Assembly (NCBI GenBank): GCA_964016885.1
Contig: OZ024741.1
Span: forward strand, 348,688,001 to 348,752,000
Direction: 5' to 3'
DNA: 64,000 bases
DNA from: Eledone cirrhosa
Taxonomy: Eukaryota
Shown here: positions 1-14,175 of the stretch, in pieces
Position numbering within the stretch: the stretch's first letter is position 1
Layout: every line of letters begins with the position of its first letter
The notes under the pieces: generated by a model
Told to the model about the DNA's origin: nothing
The model's database searches: none
Seen by the model: only the letters and a program-made list of their open reading frames with translations
Made by a program: the position numbers and the translations under genes

Positions 1-597
1 AACGGGTGTTATGTTTGTCAGGCTGTTCTTTGAACCATGAGATTGCTTCGGATGTTCTATTACAGATTATGAGAGGTGAGGTTGCACGCAGTGTGGGTAG
101 TATCCTGTCCAGGATCTTCTTGCTGACAGATCCTATATCGGATTTTGTGGGGTTTATTAGCCGGACCGATGGTTTATTGGTGAAGCTTTCCTTGTGGTCC
201 TTTAGGGTAAAATGCGGGGCCTTTACACTCAATGGTTCAGTCCTATCTTCCAGTTTAAGAGAAATGGCGATGTTTTTTTCCGACTAAGTTGGTGTCAGTC
301 AGTACTGTTTCATCCACTTTTTTGTAATTTGCTGTAATCGCATTATTAGCCAGCTTCCTATAGGTATCCTGGTTAACCTCATAGACGTTTTTTGTTTTGT
401 CGGAAGGGGCGTGGAGATTCGGGGAACTCTTCATTTTCTGTACTTTTTCCCTTAAGTCAGTCTGGAATGGAATGTTGACTCTGCGGAATTTAATATTGTT
501 GATCATTTTGAAGAGATCTCCTTCAAAAGGTTCAAGTAAAATGTTGTTATTTGATTTAAAGCCGAACTTCTCATTGCTGGTTGATGCTACATCAGAG
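1..597 (-). mobile_element. Penelope-like element fragment (N-terminal and start of RT region), frameshifted, runs off the window start
   Basis: Minus-strand translation gives FGFKS...[18 protein letters not shown]...SDKTKNVY...NAITANYKK and, in another frame, APHFTLKDHKESF..PSVRLINPTKSDIGSVSKKILD. These are typical PLE pre-RT motifs. The fragment abuts a (TATG)/(TA)n tract. Confidence 0.8.
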
Positions 598-599
598 TG

Positions 600-672
600 A
601 TACATATATATGTATGCATGTATATGTATGTATGTATATGTATGTATGTATATGTATGTATGTATGTTTGTA

Positions 673-753
<81 letters not shown>
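600..753. repeat. (TATG)n/(TA)n microsatellite
   Basis: Direct reading. Confidence 0.95.
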
Positions 754-755
<2 letters not shown>

Positions 756-879
756 CGAAGGAAATGTGGTAAGGAACCAGGTGGACCATAACAAACCAAA
801 GTACTCAATACTTAGGGTAGTAGAGTGGGTAATAGGAAGGTATTAGCCGTCGAGCTCAACCGTTGGGGTCCTACTCGTT

Positions 880-883
<4 letters not shown>
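754..883. mobile_element. Miniature PLE terminus, same family as 47375-50418: 3' tail on minus strand plus inverted 3' half of the hammerhead
   Basis: 754-839 matches 47375-47460 and 38343-38428. 843-883 (ttagccgtcga gctcaaccgttggggtcctactcgttccta) matches 50368-50418 with a deletion. Flanked by (TA)n on both sides. Confidence 0.8.
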
Positions 884-919
<36 letters not shown>

Positions 920-927
920 TATATATA

Positions 928-1104
928 GGTAAGTTATTCCGGGTTGAATCAGAGGTAGCCACAGTAAGTAAGGTACTCAATATATTGCAGAGTATAAAAA
1001 TGTAATATAGATGAGATTCTACAGGACTAGAACTGTTTCATTATTCAGAAATCATCAAATTCCTGATGTTTTCTAAAGAATGAAACAGTTCTAGTCCTGT
1101 AGAA

Positions 1105-1110
<6 letters not shown>
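928..1110. mobile_element. Short PLE-like terminus with 32-bp inverted arms and a one-sided tail
   Basis: atgagattctacaggactagaactgtttcatt (1011-1052) is inverted at 1079-1110. The tail gttattccgggttgaatc matches the reverse complement of 29400-29417. Lies between (TA)n tracts. The arms contain GAAAC..GTC. Confidence 0.6.
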
Positions 1111-1182
<72 letters not shown>

Positions 1183-1318
1183 CAATGTTGTTCTATGTTG
1201 GTTGGGAATATATGTATGCATAGTCTTCAATATCAACACGTTCGGCTTCATACCACCTTGGATTTAGGGCAAAGAAAAGGAAAAACAAGGACCAAAATAC
1301 TTCTATTATTTGCAATTA

Positions 1319-1454
1319 TTACGTCCCTTTACGATCTGAGTTCAAATCCCACCGAGATTGATTTTGCCTTTCGTCCTTACGGGGTCGATAAAATAAAGTA
1401 CCAGTAATGCAGTGGGTTATTGCTGGCCTTGTGCCTAAAGTAGAAACAATTATT
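1319..1454 (+). mobile_element. tRNA-derived SINE, 5'-truncated
   Basis: B box gagttcaaatccc, core gcctttcgtccttacggggtcgataaaataaagtaccag, 3' end agtagaaacaattatt; homologous to other copies. Confidence 0.9.
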
Positions 1455-3038
1455 TGCAATTATAGCCTCTTACGTTTTAACCATATCTGATTTCATATTC
1501 ATAATGTACCTGAAATAGTTTTTTCTGGACGTTACTATCTCTCATTCGATCGTAACGCCATAAACATACAAATATAATTCTCCCCGAAGTATAAATGCAA
1601 AGTTACACTGACAAAATCTGACATCATGAATGCAAATAAACCTAGAATACTAAAATATTGAATATTACTGAAATAGATAATCTATTTTATTTCCTTCGTT
1701 TTAATTTTATTTGAAAATATTGGAAAAAAAATAATTCGTTCAAAAATGATCAGGAACACATGTAAACAGAACCACGAGCATACAAACACAGACACACGCT
1801 CATATGCCTACACACACGCATGGATATATATCTATAAGAATTTACAAAGTCTCAGCTTCAAAAACATATTTGAGTATATGTAAACAATGGTAGAGAGATG
1901 GAGAATAATTCTGAGAGATAGAATAACTTACTGATTAATTCGTATTGTGATTAAAGCAGTTAGAGAAACAACTTCGAATGAAGGACACATAGATACAAAG
2001 AGAGACATAGTGTTATGAAGTGTGTTTCTGTGTGTGTATTTTGCTGTGTGATAGGAAGTCATGTGGGCAATGATGAAGTATACAGGAAGGAGATAAACTG
2101 TGCTAGCTCTAGAGAGAGAAGGTAATAATATAGTTCAACCGTGAAAGTCTTTCTCATATATATTCATTTTACATATTAAAAAATGCAGATATAAAAGAAA
2201 TGTTTAGAAAAGTTAATATCTATATCAAATATATTGTTACAGAAAACTTGGTAAATGAAAGAATTTAAGAAAACATAACAGGCAATAGATGAATGAAAAT
2301 AATTCATTACAAGTCAGCCTTGCAAACTGATTATTTGGTATTTCAATGTATATATATATATATACGTATATATGGAGATTGTGTGTTTAAATGTTTATAT
2401 ATATAGTGTGTGATAGTGTGTGTTTGTATATACACATATGTTGTGTCCATAGTATGACACTTTATATCACCTTAGACAAATGCTTGCAAATATGTGTCGT
2501 ACATTTTATTCAAACCTAGTGCTTTATCACATTGTCAGGCTGAATATTCATATGAATATTTGTTCTAGTTTTTTACCTTTTAGGTTGCAATCTTGTAGGG
2601 CGCCAATGTGTCTCTCGTCTTTCTAGTGCCAATAAAATAACTAGCAGCCAAGTAGTGATATGGATATTATCGTAGGTTACAATGATTGGTTTCCATTGAT
2701 TTATGTATCTATTAGTTGGCTTCTTAACACAATCTCTCCTGCAGAACATGTCTTTCAACCGCAGTGCAGCATAGCATTGCGTTCACAAAGTGTTAAGCGT
2801 GAACGGTTCCGATGTGTTTTCTGGAGTGTTTGGCAGCTCATATAGATTTCTACACATGGAAAACAAATTGCTGCAAGTTCGACTATAAATGACCAATAAT
2901 AGTTTAACATCTTTGGCCTAACGAGCAGAAAAGCCTGTGTTAGTCACTGAAAGCAATATGTTGCCACTGGGGAAATTGTCACTTCATGAAGGTTTTCGAA
3001 GTATTGTCACCACAGGAAATGGTTGTTATATTTCATTA

Positions 3039-3164
3039 TTACGATCTGAGTTCAAATCCCGCCAAGTTTAATTTTGCCTTTCATCCTTACGAGGTCGATA
3101 AAATAAAGTACCTGTAATGTACTGGTAATTGCTGGCCTTGTGCCGAAAGTAGAAACAATTATTA
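3039..3164 (+). mobile_element. tRNA-derived SINE, 5'-truncated
   Basis: Same B box, core and tail as other copies. Confidence 0.9.
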
Positions 3165-3191
3165 TGCTATACTCTTGTCAATATTAAGTTA

Positions 3192-3268
3192 CACGACTGT
3201 ATGTAAAATCCCCGGCATGTCTTTGTATTGTCCCCTTTCTTGTTGCGCCCTTGTGGCTAATAAAGAAA
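3192..3268 (+). mobile_element. Extreme 3' stub of a Tx1-like LINE with target-site duplication
   Basis: cccttgtggctaataaagaaatc matches the 3' end of the 23191-29202 element (cccttgtggttaataaagaaatc). Flanked by direct repeat tcaatattaagtta at 3178-3191 and 3269-3282. Confidence 0.75.
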
Positions 3269-3661
3269 TCAATATTAAGTTAACATGATTTTTTTCTGGA
3301 ATTAATTGAGAGAGATTACGCAGACACAATAAAGTGTCTCGTTTTACATTTGTTTACTATTATTACATTTATTATATGTTACAATATATTTCATGAATAT
3401 TTTATTTTAGTCCTTTAAAGTCATTCTAAGAACCCATTCGTTTTAGTTGGGACTGTACATACTGAAGTTATTTCATTTACTGTTTTCCTGTAGAAACTCA
3501 ATTATGTTTAAAGAAAAAGAAAATTTAATCACTTGTTTTATTTAGAATAAGAATTAATGGATGAGAAAAAAAAAAACGAAACGTATTAGTTTATTTTACT
3601 GTTGCAGTGAAATTGTATCTACAAAGAATTGATTGAAGAATGGCATTATTCTTTCAACTCT

Positions 3662-3756
<95 letters not shown>

Positions 3757-4409
3757 GAGAGTTGAAATATCTGGTAGAGAATGTTGAGAAGCCAGAGGGG
3801 ATCACTAATGTAGGCGGGAAGCCGCTGGAATTGGTTGAGGACTTCCTGTATTTGGGAGCAAAGATTGGGAATACGGAAGATGATGTGGTTGAGAGGAAGA
3901 GCAAGGCCTGGGCGGCGTGCCACAGCTTGAGATCGGTGTGGAAGTCGGACCTTCGTAGAGACCTGAAAATCCGCCTCTTCATTGCTGTAGTGGAGTCTGT
4001 GCTGCTGTGTGGGTCTGAGACTTGGACACTGACCAAGAGACTCACTCAGATGGTGGATGGGTGCTACACGAGAATGCTGAGGATGGCTCTGAACATTAAT
4101 CAGTATACACTGAGGATGAAAAACTCAGAGCTGTATGGGAGCCTCCCAAAAGTCAGCTCAAAAGTGACACAGAGGAGACTGAGGTTGGCTGGACATGCTC
4201 ACCGACATCCAGAGTTGACATTGCACTCCGTGCTCCTTTGGGAGCCCCTACATGGACACACTGGAAGAGGAAGACCAAGGTTAACATATGTTGATGCCCT
4301 AAGGACAGACACTGGTCTGTTGGAGACGCAGGACATGGCAGCGATAATGAGGGACAGAGACCGCTGGAGAGAACTCGTCCATGGATCTCGGGAATTTTAC
4401 CCGCCTTAG
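3757..4409 (+). mobile_element. RTE-clade LINE, 5'-truncated C-terminal fragment
   Basis: LELVEDFLYLGAKI, VESVLLCGSETWTLTK, RRLRLAGH, GRGRPRLTYVD. Open frame ends in TAG followed by a short (TAGA)n tail. Preceded by (CA)/(TA)/(TG) microsatellite. Confidence 0.85.
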
Positions 4410-5109
4410 ATAGATATATATATATAATTCCAAAACCAATCGACATCTACGCTCTGAACTATTTCCAGAGTGTCTCTCACAATAAAATGAACCCCTAGGA
4501 TCTTATGTACGTAGATATTTAGATATTTGTTAGGAGTGTTTACATGGCTTATTGGTGTGGAACGGCAGCGCCTGTTACCCTTTTGCTAAATTTCTGCGAT
4601 TGATGGATGAATGGAGGAAAGAGCATATTCATGAATTAATCTCAGAATATGCCGTTGCCTCCGTTTTATAATCAGAAGATATAATCAACATGGTATCTGT
4701 AGAGACGAAACCAGTACGGAAATCAAAGGGGAAGTGGTCGTTTGCAATTGGAAAATATTGAGTTCTTCACCTACAATGAATATGTAGAGATCTCGTCCGA
4801 CAAACTTTCTCAATCTGTGTGTATCATATTTTAGTAACAACATTTGGGGCGATAATCGGTAATAGCAAACATATTTACAAAAACTGTTGTGAATGCGATT
4901 GAACTCTTAAACTACGTGGCAATACTTACCGTTTGATTGGATAGGATATCTGAAGTGTATGATGACTGAACAATAAAGAAGTATGACATGAAAGTAAAGT
5001 TATAACACACGCTTTCCATACACTGTTCATGGTATCTACGTCCACCATCTCCAGACGAACACAACCACCATTTCTTCTACTAGTATTACGAGAGAAATTC
5101 CGGGTACTG

Positions 5110-5830
5110 AAACATATGATATCGAAATCAGCATATCAAGTTAGAGAATATCGAAATAGTAATATGTAGAATATCAAAATGAAGAATATTAGATAATGGA
5201 TATCGAAAGGTAGGTTATTAATTCTTAAGATATTAAAAGGCTCGATATCAAATTTTGAAATATAGGAATGCTGAATATCAAAATATAAGCTACTGATGTT
5301 ATCAAAATACAATATACATGTTATCAAAATACAATATACGAAATTGTAGGATGCCAAAAAAAGCAGGTTTTCTCGAGAAGAGATGTTAACTGGTAAAGTT
5401 CTAAAATACTAGATTTAAAAATGTAGAACAATATCAACGTGGAGAATATAAAAGGTCATCGAAAGGAAAATACCACATCGAAATGCTCAAACCAAAAGAC
5501 TCTGGGATATCATCGCAGCGAGATAATAGTATACAGTAGAATAGAAGAATGCAATAGGATATTAGAATGTAGTAGAAATTAATATTACAGTGAGATAGAA
5601 GAATTCTGTAGGAAATCAGTAAAAATGATGTAGGATACAAGAATGCAATATGACACACGAATGTAACAGGATATAAGAATACAGTAGATCATACACGTGA
5701 ATACAATAGATCATGAGAACGTAGCTGCATACCAGATTACATGAATGCAGTAGTAGCCAAGAATACAGTAGAATATAAAATAGCGGTACTTTATTGAATA
5801 TGTCGATGTACAGTTTGTGGATTTTTTTCA
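5110..5830. repeat. Degenerate ~10-bp-period minisatellite (atatcgaaat-like, then gaatacagta-like units)
   Basis: Recurrent atatcgaaa/atatcaaaat and aatacagtag/aatgcaatag motifs. Confidence 0.55.
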
Positions 5831-6483
5831 AAGTTACATTCTATTTCAAATTGCATGTAGGATTACAATAGAGTTTATATTTAAAATATCGAAATCTGCT
5901 GTATGTTTCGATCAAATGTATTTCCGGTTGTCGTCAGGTTTTCATTATTAATGTTGCAAACATAGAGTGAGTTAGTCAAATGAGTAGAATGGTAGTTGCA
6001 TACTGCGTATTCCAATTATATTACTGTATATTGTGGATCTTAAAACCTCCGATATGACGAACATAATTGACGCATGGAACATATCATATACAAACAAAAT
6101 AAATTTGCTCTATTAATGATTCACCATTGCCTCTGCTGACTGTGATATATTTAATTCCGTTTTTATTATGAGATGTGTTGTTGTATATGAATTTATAACA
6201 TACCATTCATTATGGAATTCGACGCTATTTCCAATATATATATGACACTTTATGACATTTTTCTATGACATATTGCATGAATAATATTTTGATTTTGATG
6301 GGAGACCTTCATATTGCCAATTATATTTAGAACTGAGGTATTCATTCATTCATGAAATACAAGTATTAATTGCCATTCTGAAAGACACCAACATACAAAA
6401 TAAGCAAATACATTGCGCAATTCATTTAGTAAGTATTGCAAACATGGAAGCAGCATATACATAACGTCAAAATGTATACGCTT

Positions 6484-6697
<214 letters not shown>

Positions 6698-9173
6698 AAA
6701 TATATCTATATATGTGTAATGCGTGTATGTGTATACGTGTGGGGGTGCATTCGTGTAGATATGTACGCGTTTATTTGAACCGTGGATAAAATTGTGACTG
6801 TTTTGTTTCTTAATGAAAACATATTCTATTAATTTCAACACATTTGGTTTCTCTTAGCAAGTTATATTTAATGTTCGAATTGAAATTATATTTCAAACAG
6901 TCGGTTGCTCCCCGATGTATAGCGTTGTTCTCTCAACGTGAATAATATAATTTAGAATATATCTTTCATAATGCTCTGTAGCTAATTCTTACCGATGAAA
7001 TATCAACATAATATAAAAGAAAATGAAATGGGTGTAATTTCATTGAAACATCATGGAATGTCACATTTATCTTTTTCCTTGTAATTATTGTGTTCGTAAA
7101 ATATTTCTTTTCTAATGTGTACGAACGGGAATTATATGACCCCCGCGAATTAAATTATTATCATAAAGTGTGAACAAACTGTATCTCTAAATATTGGAAA
7201 TGATCAGAAGCAATGTATTCAATGATAAACATATGATATTAAAATCTGCAAAACGTTCCATCTGATATGATATGAGATGTGCTCTGAATTTTGAACACAG
7301 TGATAACAGCAACCAAGAATTGACAATATATTTGGTTTTACTAACAGAGGTATTAAAATTAGTTTCCGAGAGATTCCAACGTTTGCGTTTGTTCAGAGTT
7401 CTCAATGGCAATAATATTAGAAATATATTTTATTTAATAAAGAAGTGATTTTCAAAAGTAAAAAAATGTAACTTTAAGTATAAATGTAATTGAAATTTAA
7501 AAGAAAGACGCATAAGATTGTCTAATGGGAGAATATTGTCTTATTTTATTTACAGGTGATATCTAAATGTGAAAAAGCTTAGAGATCGATAATTAATTTT
7601 TGCTAAAAGAACTCGTGATAAAGAGAGTACACAGATAAAAAATTGCAAGTGAAAATGTAGACAAAAAATGAAACAGAAAGCGAAATGTGAGAATGTAGAA
7701 GAAAAAATCTTAATAATGTGAGAGTGAGTCAGATAAATATAATGAATAGAATAATTGTAATCACTGAGGGTAGATGGAAGTAACAACAGCATAGTGAATA
7801 TTGTAATTCTTATATCCCCTACACACTCTGGGCATAGAAATAATAGAGAAAGGTACTTTTACGTGAAGAAATCTGGCTTGAATTAGAAGTTAAATGAAAG
7901 ACGCAAATGGTATATCAATGCCAAAACACAGAAGAAAATCGAAACGAAAGCCCAACGAATAAGAAAGTTTGGAAGCGGCTGATGAGGGTGAGATAACTTA
8001 ACATAAGAGAATGAGAGAAAGCAGGGAGGCGCAAATGATAGCAACATACAATAGAAAGAGGAGGAATGTACAACGAAGCACAAACTTTGTCAATTATATA
8101 AGTACAGATATATTTCATATCCCGTTAAGCTTGTGCGTATTTCTTGTGATTCTTGTAATTTTGCACACAATCCTTTTTTTTAAAACACAATTCACTAATT
8201 TTTAACGAGATAAGCATTATATCGAAAATATATATGCACTAGCTGAGCTATGAAAGTTACAATATATTTGGCACACATTACAAAATATTTGACCATTCAA
8301 ATATGATTGCTGAATTTTAACCAACGTAGGAATTATAGCAGAATATTTACTGCCGTTTGGTCAAAGTAAATCATCTAGATAAAAATATTAGTTTTTTCCA
8401 GTGGTGATGTTTTGAATACTGCTCCATATTACAGTCAGCATATAATGCTTTACTCATAGATGAATCATTAGGTATGTTGTCAGTGAAAAGGGCAAGACCA
8501 GAAAAATACATTTAGATTTTTTTTATTTATCCTTTTCTTTCTTTTCTTTTTTTTTTTTTGCTCAGTCTGAACCTCTGAAATTCAAACAACATGTAAAAAC
8601 TATTTATTTTAAAAACCATAAATAAAATAAGAAAATAAATTTAGCATTGGTTTATGATTGAATGAAGCATTTACTTACTCATTTCTGTAATTCGGGGAAA
8701 GTGTATTTAAATTTGTACACCAATCTTTGCCTCTATGGCAGTAGGATCTTGTTTGAGGGAGATTTGTTTTCTATTTCTATTAGGTATACCAATAGTTATA
8801 GTGGCTCACATGACATACCTAGATACATACACACACATGTATGTGTGTAAGACAGTTGTTTGTGATTTGAAATGGATTTTGCTAATATTTCTAGTAGATC
8901 GAGTTATCACATAGAACCATTCCGTTTTGCTTCATACATATATACATACCTGAGAAAGTAAGGTGGGATTTGAAGGAAATGTGGCTGCTATTTCTACCCA
9001 ACAAAGTCCTCACTTATACTACTTTATATATCAGAGGTACCCGGGAATGCCTGCATATTCTTCCAAAGTAACACCATGCAGTAAATTTGCGGCTTCAGAA
9101 TTCCTTGCAAACTACATGAATAAGGAATTAGGATCTGTGTGTATTATCATTGAATGAGGAATTACGACATTGC

Positions 9174-12100
9174 TCATTCCAAAGCCTCAGGATAAACAAC
9201 ATTCTTGGTTTTTCCCTGTGGTGCCACAATGAAGAGACAATCAGGGTTCTCAACCCTTGTTGTGCCAACATAGAGTTGACCATGTGAAAAGACAGGATCT
9301 GCCAAATTCAACCCAACGACTTTCAATGATTGCCCTTGTGAATTATTAATGGTCATGGCAAAACTGAGCCTGATCGGAAATTGAAGTCTTTGAAATTCAA
9401 ATGGTAAATCAGTTGGCTTCAGAGGTATTCTGTGAATGAAACAATTGTCACCACCAAATTTTCCTGACATGATTGCAACTTCTAGAACATTGAACATCAT
9501 ATTTTTGATGATGAGTATTGTGCCATTACAAAGTTTTGGAGGATCCAGATTGCAAAGTAGCATAAACGATGCTCCAAGCCTCGGTATCGGGTTGTGTTGA
9601 GGAATTCCAGCTTGTTCAAGACTGTTCAAAAATTCAGTTGGATAGTTTACAACCTGGTCTTGAGAAGTGATTGTGTCAACTGATTTGTAGCATATTTTCT
9701 CTCCCGGTAACATCTCCAGCAGCCTTCTGTTGATTTCTTTCACAGCAACATTTTCAGGTGCTAAGATTGCTCGTTCACAGAGCCATTTCGGATCGCATTG
9801 CCTGGTCTGAATGTTTGGAAATCAGTTCTTGTTCTGTGTCAATTATATGGCCAAATGACAATTGAATATGGTATTTGGAGTCTTTTCAAGAAGTCCATTT
9901 CCCAATTTAAGTAGTTGGATGGCAAACTCACTGACACCTTCGCCATCAGTTAAGTACACTCGCATGTTGGTTGTAAGGCTCAGCAGCTGAAAGTGGGGTC
10001 AGAGATAGGATGTTTTCAGACATACATTGATCTGATCAGCTCGAGTCCCTCGAAAAATTACAGGCAGAGTTTGTCTGAAATCACCAGCAAGGACCATTGT
10101 CACTCCTCCCATTATGCAACTATTTTCTCTCAGATCCCTTATCGTCGGGTCCAAAGCTTCAATTGCTCCTTTATGGCTCATAGTAGCTTTATCCCAAATT
10201 ATCATCTCGCATGTTTGCAGAAGCTTGCTCTTGGCTCAGTTCTTCTTGATGTTGCAAAAAGTTTGTTCATGCCGTGTGAGATCTATGGGCAGCCTAAACA
10301 TGGAGTGTGCAGTTGTTTCTCCATGCAGAAGTGTTGCTGCAATGCCACTTGAAGCCACAGCAAGGGCAATATGTTGTTCTTGGCGAACTTTTGCAAGCAG
10401 AAGGTTTATGAGGAAAGTCTTTCCTGTGCCACCAGGAGAATCGATGAAGAAAAGACCTGCCTTGTCATTTTGAATGTTTTCGATGATGTTGTGCTTGGCA
10501 TATTTCTGGTCATCCATCAATCGAGGTTCATTTTCATCCTCAAACTTACGCAATGCTTGAATATCGTAGTTTGTCTCCTGAAAAATGTCTTGTGCTACCT
10601 CCATTTCTTCATCTGGCTCTGGCATCCCGCAGTTAGCTAATGTGCTATTCATTGCCTGAACTCGATGGGACAGGTCACAGAGACCTTGATTGTAAATCCT
10701 GGGGGTATATTCCATATACATGTTGCCATGATGTCTTCGGGCTAGGTGTAGATAGTCGTCCGACTTATTGTTTTTGTACTCCTGCCAGAGTAGATGAGCT
10801 TCATCAATTCCACATGCTGTGAGCATAATAGCAAATAATTGTATTATTTGACTGGCTACTTGAGTGATTGCTGCTTCTTCTAGGCACTTCTTCCATTGTC
10901 ATGCAGGAGTCCATGCTGTTTACATGCTTCTTGGTATGTTGCACACTCCCTTCCTCTGAAACACCTAAGATCCTCAAATGACGTTGGTCCTCGAACAGTA
11001 TGCAGAAGTAGCCGCAAAACAAAAACATTCTCTGTTGTTGGGATGGACATTGTAAACACGCCCAATAGCATCACTTGACTTGACTTCATGACCTTCCACT
11101 AAATGACCCTGTTTTCTTCGATTCCAGGTCTTGCAATTGGTTCACGTGTAGTCTCTTTAGACTTCAGTATATAGGAAGGATCCAGCAAATTCATCATTCT
11201 GGCAGAGTTTAAAGAAAGCAGTTAGTGTAGTATCATGTGATGCTTGTGCAAACTGATGAGCAGTGATCTCAGTGAAGTACACTCTCTGTCCATTTCCCAG
11301 ATGGACTGCAAGGTTGACCACTGTTGGGTGGCGTTGATGGATATCAAATCCAAAGACTCGCCAGATAGCTTCATTGCTGGAGATATATCGACCTGTTTGA
11401 AACCATTTGACCTCATCAAGGCCACCATCATTGAGTTCTTTGTCAGTAATAAAGGTAGCCATGTCACTGCCCTTGTTGATATATTTTGTGACATATAGGA
11501 TTGCCTTGACGGAGCTACAATACTCAACATTGATATGAGCTTTTAAAAGTTTACACAACAATTAGTTGTGTGAGATGACCCACTGATTGTTTATGGTCAG
11601 CTCCTCTCCTCGAACTGTTAAGCTTGCAGTATTGCCTCCATGTTCTGGTCTACGCCTACGATAAAGGGGGTATCCATTATTCTCAGTCCGAGTTTCCCGA
11701 ATAAAAGCTCTAGGATAATGTTTGCTGCATATTTCATCTTTCATGGAGGGCGAAGCTGGATTGATGACTCCACATGGACCATGAATGAGTTTGGACTTGA
11801 TGGTTTCAAAGAGCTCTGGATCACCACCTTTATCAGGCAACTCTGCTGATATTATCTTATCAACATCATCTGGTCTTATCTTCTCCTTGCACCAGATTAG
11901 TGTGTGAAAGTGAGGAAGACCTTTCTTCTGCCACTCAATAGTGGTCATCCAAGCACTAAGCTCATCAAAGATTCTTCCTTCTTTTAGGAGCCAGATGAGT
12001 TGTTGTTTTTTTTGTTGCTTTTCATGGGAAACCCGAGCAATGAGGTCATGTCGATCCTTTGGTTTTTGATTTTGAAATAATTCATTTGATATTTCTGACC

Positions 12101-13573
12101 AGTTTGAATTGCAAGTAAATGTAATGAAGAGATCTGACCGACCAAATTTTCTGATATAGGCTATTGCATCTTGCGTACGTTCATGCATTCATGTATGTAA
12201 AGTGGGCCTCCCGTGAAACTTGATGGTAGTATGACTGGCTGGCCAATATTTCTTGGGTCAACATCAGAATTGACGACATCTCTAAGGTGGATGTAGTTAT
12301 CTGCCCTCAACTTAGTTTGATTCCTTCGCAGAAAACCCAATCTTTCTGTTTCAATTTTGGCACACATGTCCACCATGAACTGGCTGGTTACTTCTTTGAA
12401 TCGCAGAACTTGGTTGAAGTGATCACGTTCCATGAAATGATAAGCATAGAATTCTTTGCAGCTGATTGATCCGCCAGTTTCTTGTCCCGTTCCTGGGCTG
12501 ATCTGCCGTAGCTGAAAATGATATCCATCTTGACCATTCCAAAAGATGAGCGGATATTAGAGTGAATCATAGGCTGTATGAGTTTCACAAATTCGCTACA
12601 AATTTCCACTTCGTTTTGAAAAACAATGTCACGTCGTTCATGTGGTTCATCAACCATTATGATTGCAACTTCATCAGTGACAGGTACATTGAATCTGCAT
12701 TCATGTTCTGAAGCTGGGCGTTTGTCTGCTCTAATGATGATTTTACGATCTCTGGTATTGTTCATATGCTCCAGTGCATATTTAAATACACTGACGTACA
12801 TGTGATGTTGGTGTAACATTATGACTGTAGAACTGCAATCCACCATGGACATTGGTACATCTTTGTTGTGCCTGTGTTTCATTTCCACCCATGCACAAAT
12901 TTGTGAGGCTCCTGTGAAAATGGCAGAAGCCACCCATTAAGTGGTAACGCTGTCCCTGAATTTTATAAGTTGTACAGAATCTAAAGTCAGTCACATTCCT
13001 GTCAGCTCCAACAGATGTCATTTGAAAGGCAGAATTATATTTTATGATGTACTTATTGAAGTGTCGTGCTTCTGGTGTATGCTGAAGGAGCAGATTCTTC
13101 AGAATTTCAGGAGGTTCTTGTATTGTTTTAAGGCCACTTTGCCTTTTGAGCAGCATAGACTTGGTGTTTCTACTGCCCACTTCTTGGCACCACAATACTG
13201 GCAGCATATGTTCATTTTCCCAATGTTGATTTGTGGATTACTGCTGTAGTCCTTTTGGGGGTTATAAGAAAAAGTACCCATCAGCCAGTTCATTTTACTT
13301 GTGGCTTGTTCTCCTGCTCGGGCAGTAGAACGTGTGCTTGATTAGCATTTCGTCTGATTTGCTGCTGTTCCTTAATTTTTTGTTCTCGTTGTAGCCGCAG
13401 TCCTTTGTTCCCTTTCATAGAAACGGTGTGCTCGTGCTAAAGCTGTTTGGGCTCTGTTAGCAGCTAGACGGGCATGCCGAATTTTTTCACTTTCTTCAGA
13501 TCGCTGTGTTTTCTTTCTCTTAGCCTCTTAAGATGACCTTCCATATAATGATCTGGAACGTTTTCTAGGCATT
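9174..13573 (-). pseudogene. Helitron RepHel (zinc finger + HUH Rep + PIF1-family helicase), many frameshifts and stops
   Basis: Starts MPRKRSRS. Zinc finger CQYCGAKKW..ETPSLCCSKGKV. Rep motifs DLFITFTCN, TIEWQKKGLPHFH, YVTKYINKG. Helicase motifs FFIDSPGGTGKTFL, IIWDKATM, LAGDFRQTLPV, FAMTINNSQGQSL, FSHGQLYVGTTRV, TKNVVYPEAL. Confidence 0.95.
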
Positions 13574-13599
13574 TGAAGTGATATTATTACACACCACAC

Positions 13600-13662
13600 G
13601 ATTAAATAAATGGCCAGAAATGCACTGGAATAATTGCTGGCCCGTGCCAAAAGTAGAAACAT
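13600..13662 (+). mobile_element. SINE 3' fragment with 16-bp TSD
   Basis: aatgcactgg..gctggcc..gtgccaaaagtagaaac; TSD ttattacacaccacac at 13584-13599 and 13663-13678. Confidence 0.8.
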
Positions 13663-14175
13663 TTATTACACACCACACTCTTTCCGAAATAGAAACAACT
13701 ATAGAATGTATTGTTCACTCAGTAAAGTTGTTTTAAATGATCTCTTTATATGAATGTATATTAGGTGTAATTAATTTTAGACATTTATAAAAAATATTGG
13801 GTTTTCAGATTGTATTCTGAAATTATCATTTTTTTATCCAACTTCCCCCCAAAAAACAACAAATACTACAAAAAAAATATTTTCTACGTTAATTCAAATA
13901 ACAGTGGAAAATAATATATTCAAATAATATCTTTTAAAAATACCGTTTTTGTTTTTCTACTGTTAAATACATACATATATACAACTTCTATAAAGGCATC
14001 TGTGATTTCTTTAGACATACGTAGAAAATAAGCTTTGATGGTAACATATATCGTCTGCTAAAGAACGCCCCCCCCCCCCATAACACACACATGTGTGTGT
14101 GTAAATCTGCGGGATTGCGTACGGTTTATTTTTTTTTTTATACCGTTTGTAAAATAAGTTGGAATACTTTGAATA

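Noticed and set aside
1011-1095. Hammerhead-like TTGATGA/CTGATG..GAAAC..GTC in the small hairpin
   Set aside because: Stems I and II do not close convincingly; kept only as a PLE-like terminus
5110-5830. CRISPR-like array
   Set aside because: Eukaryotic context, degenerate short units and no constant repeat-spacer structure
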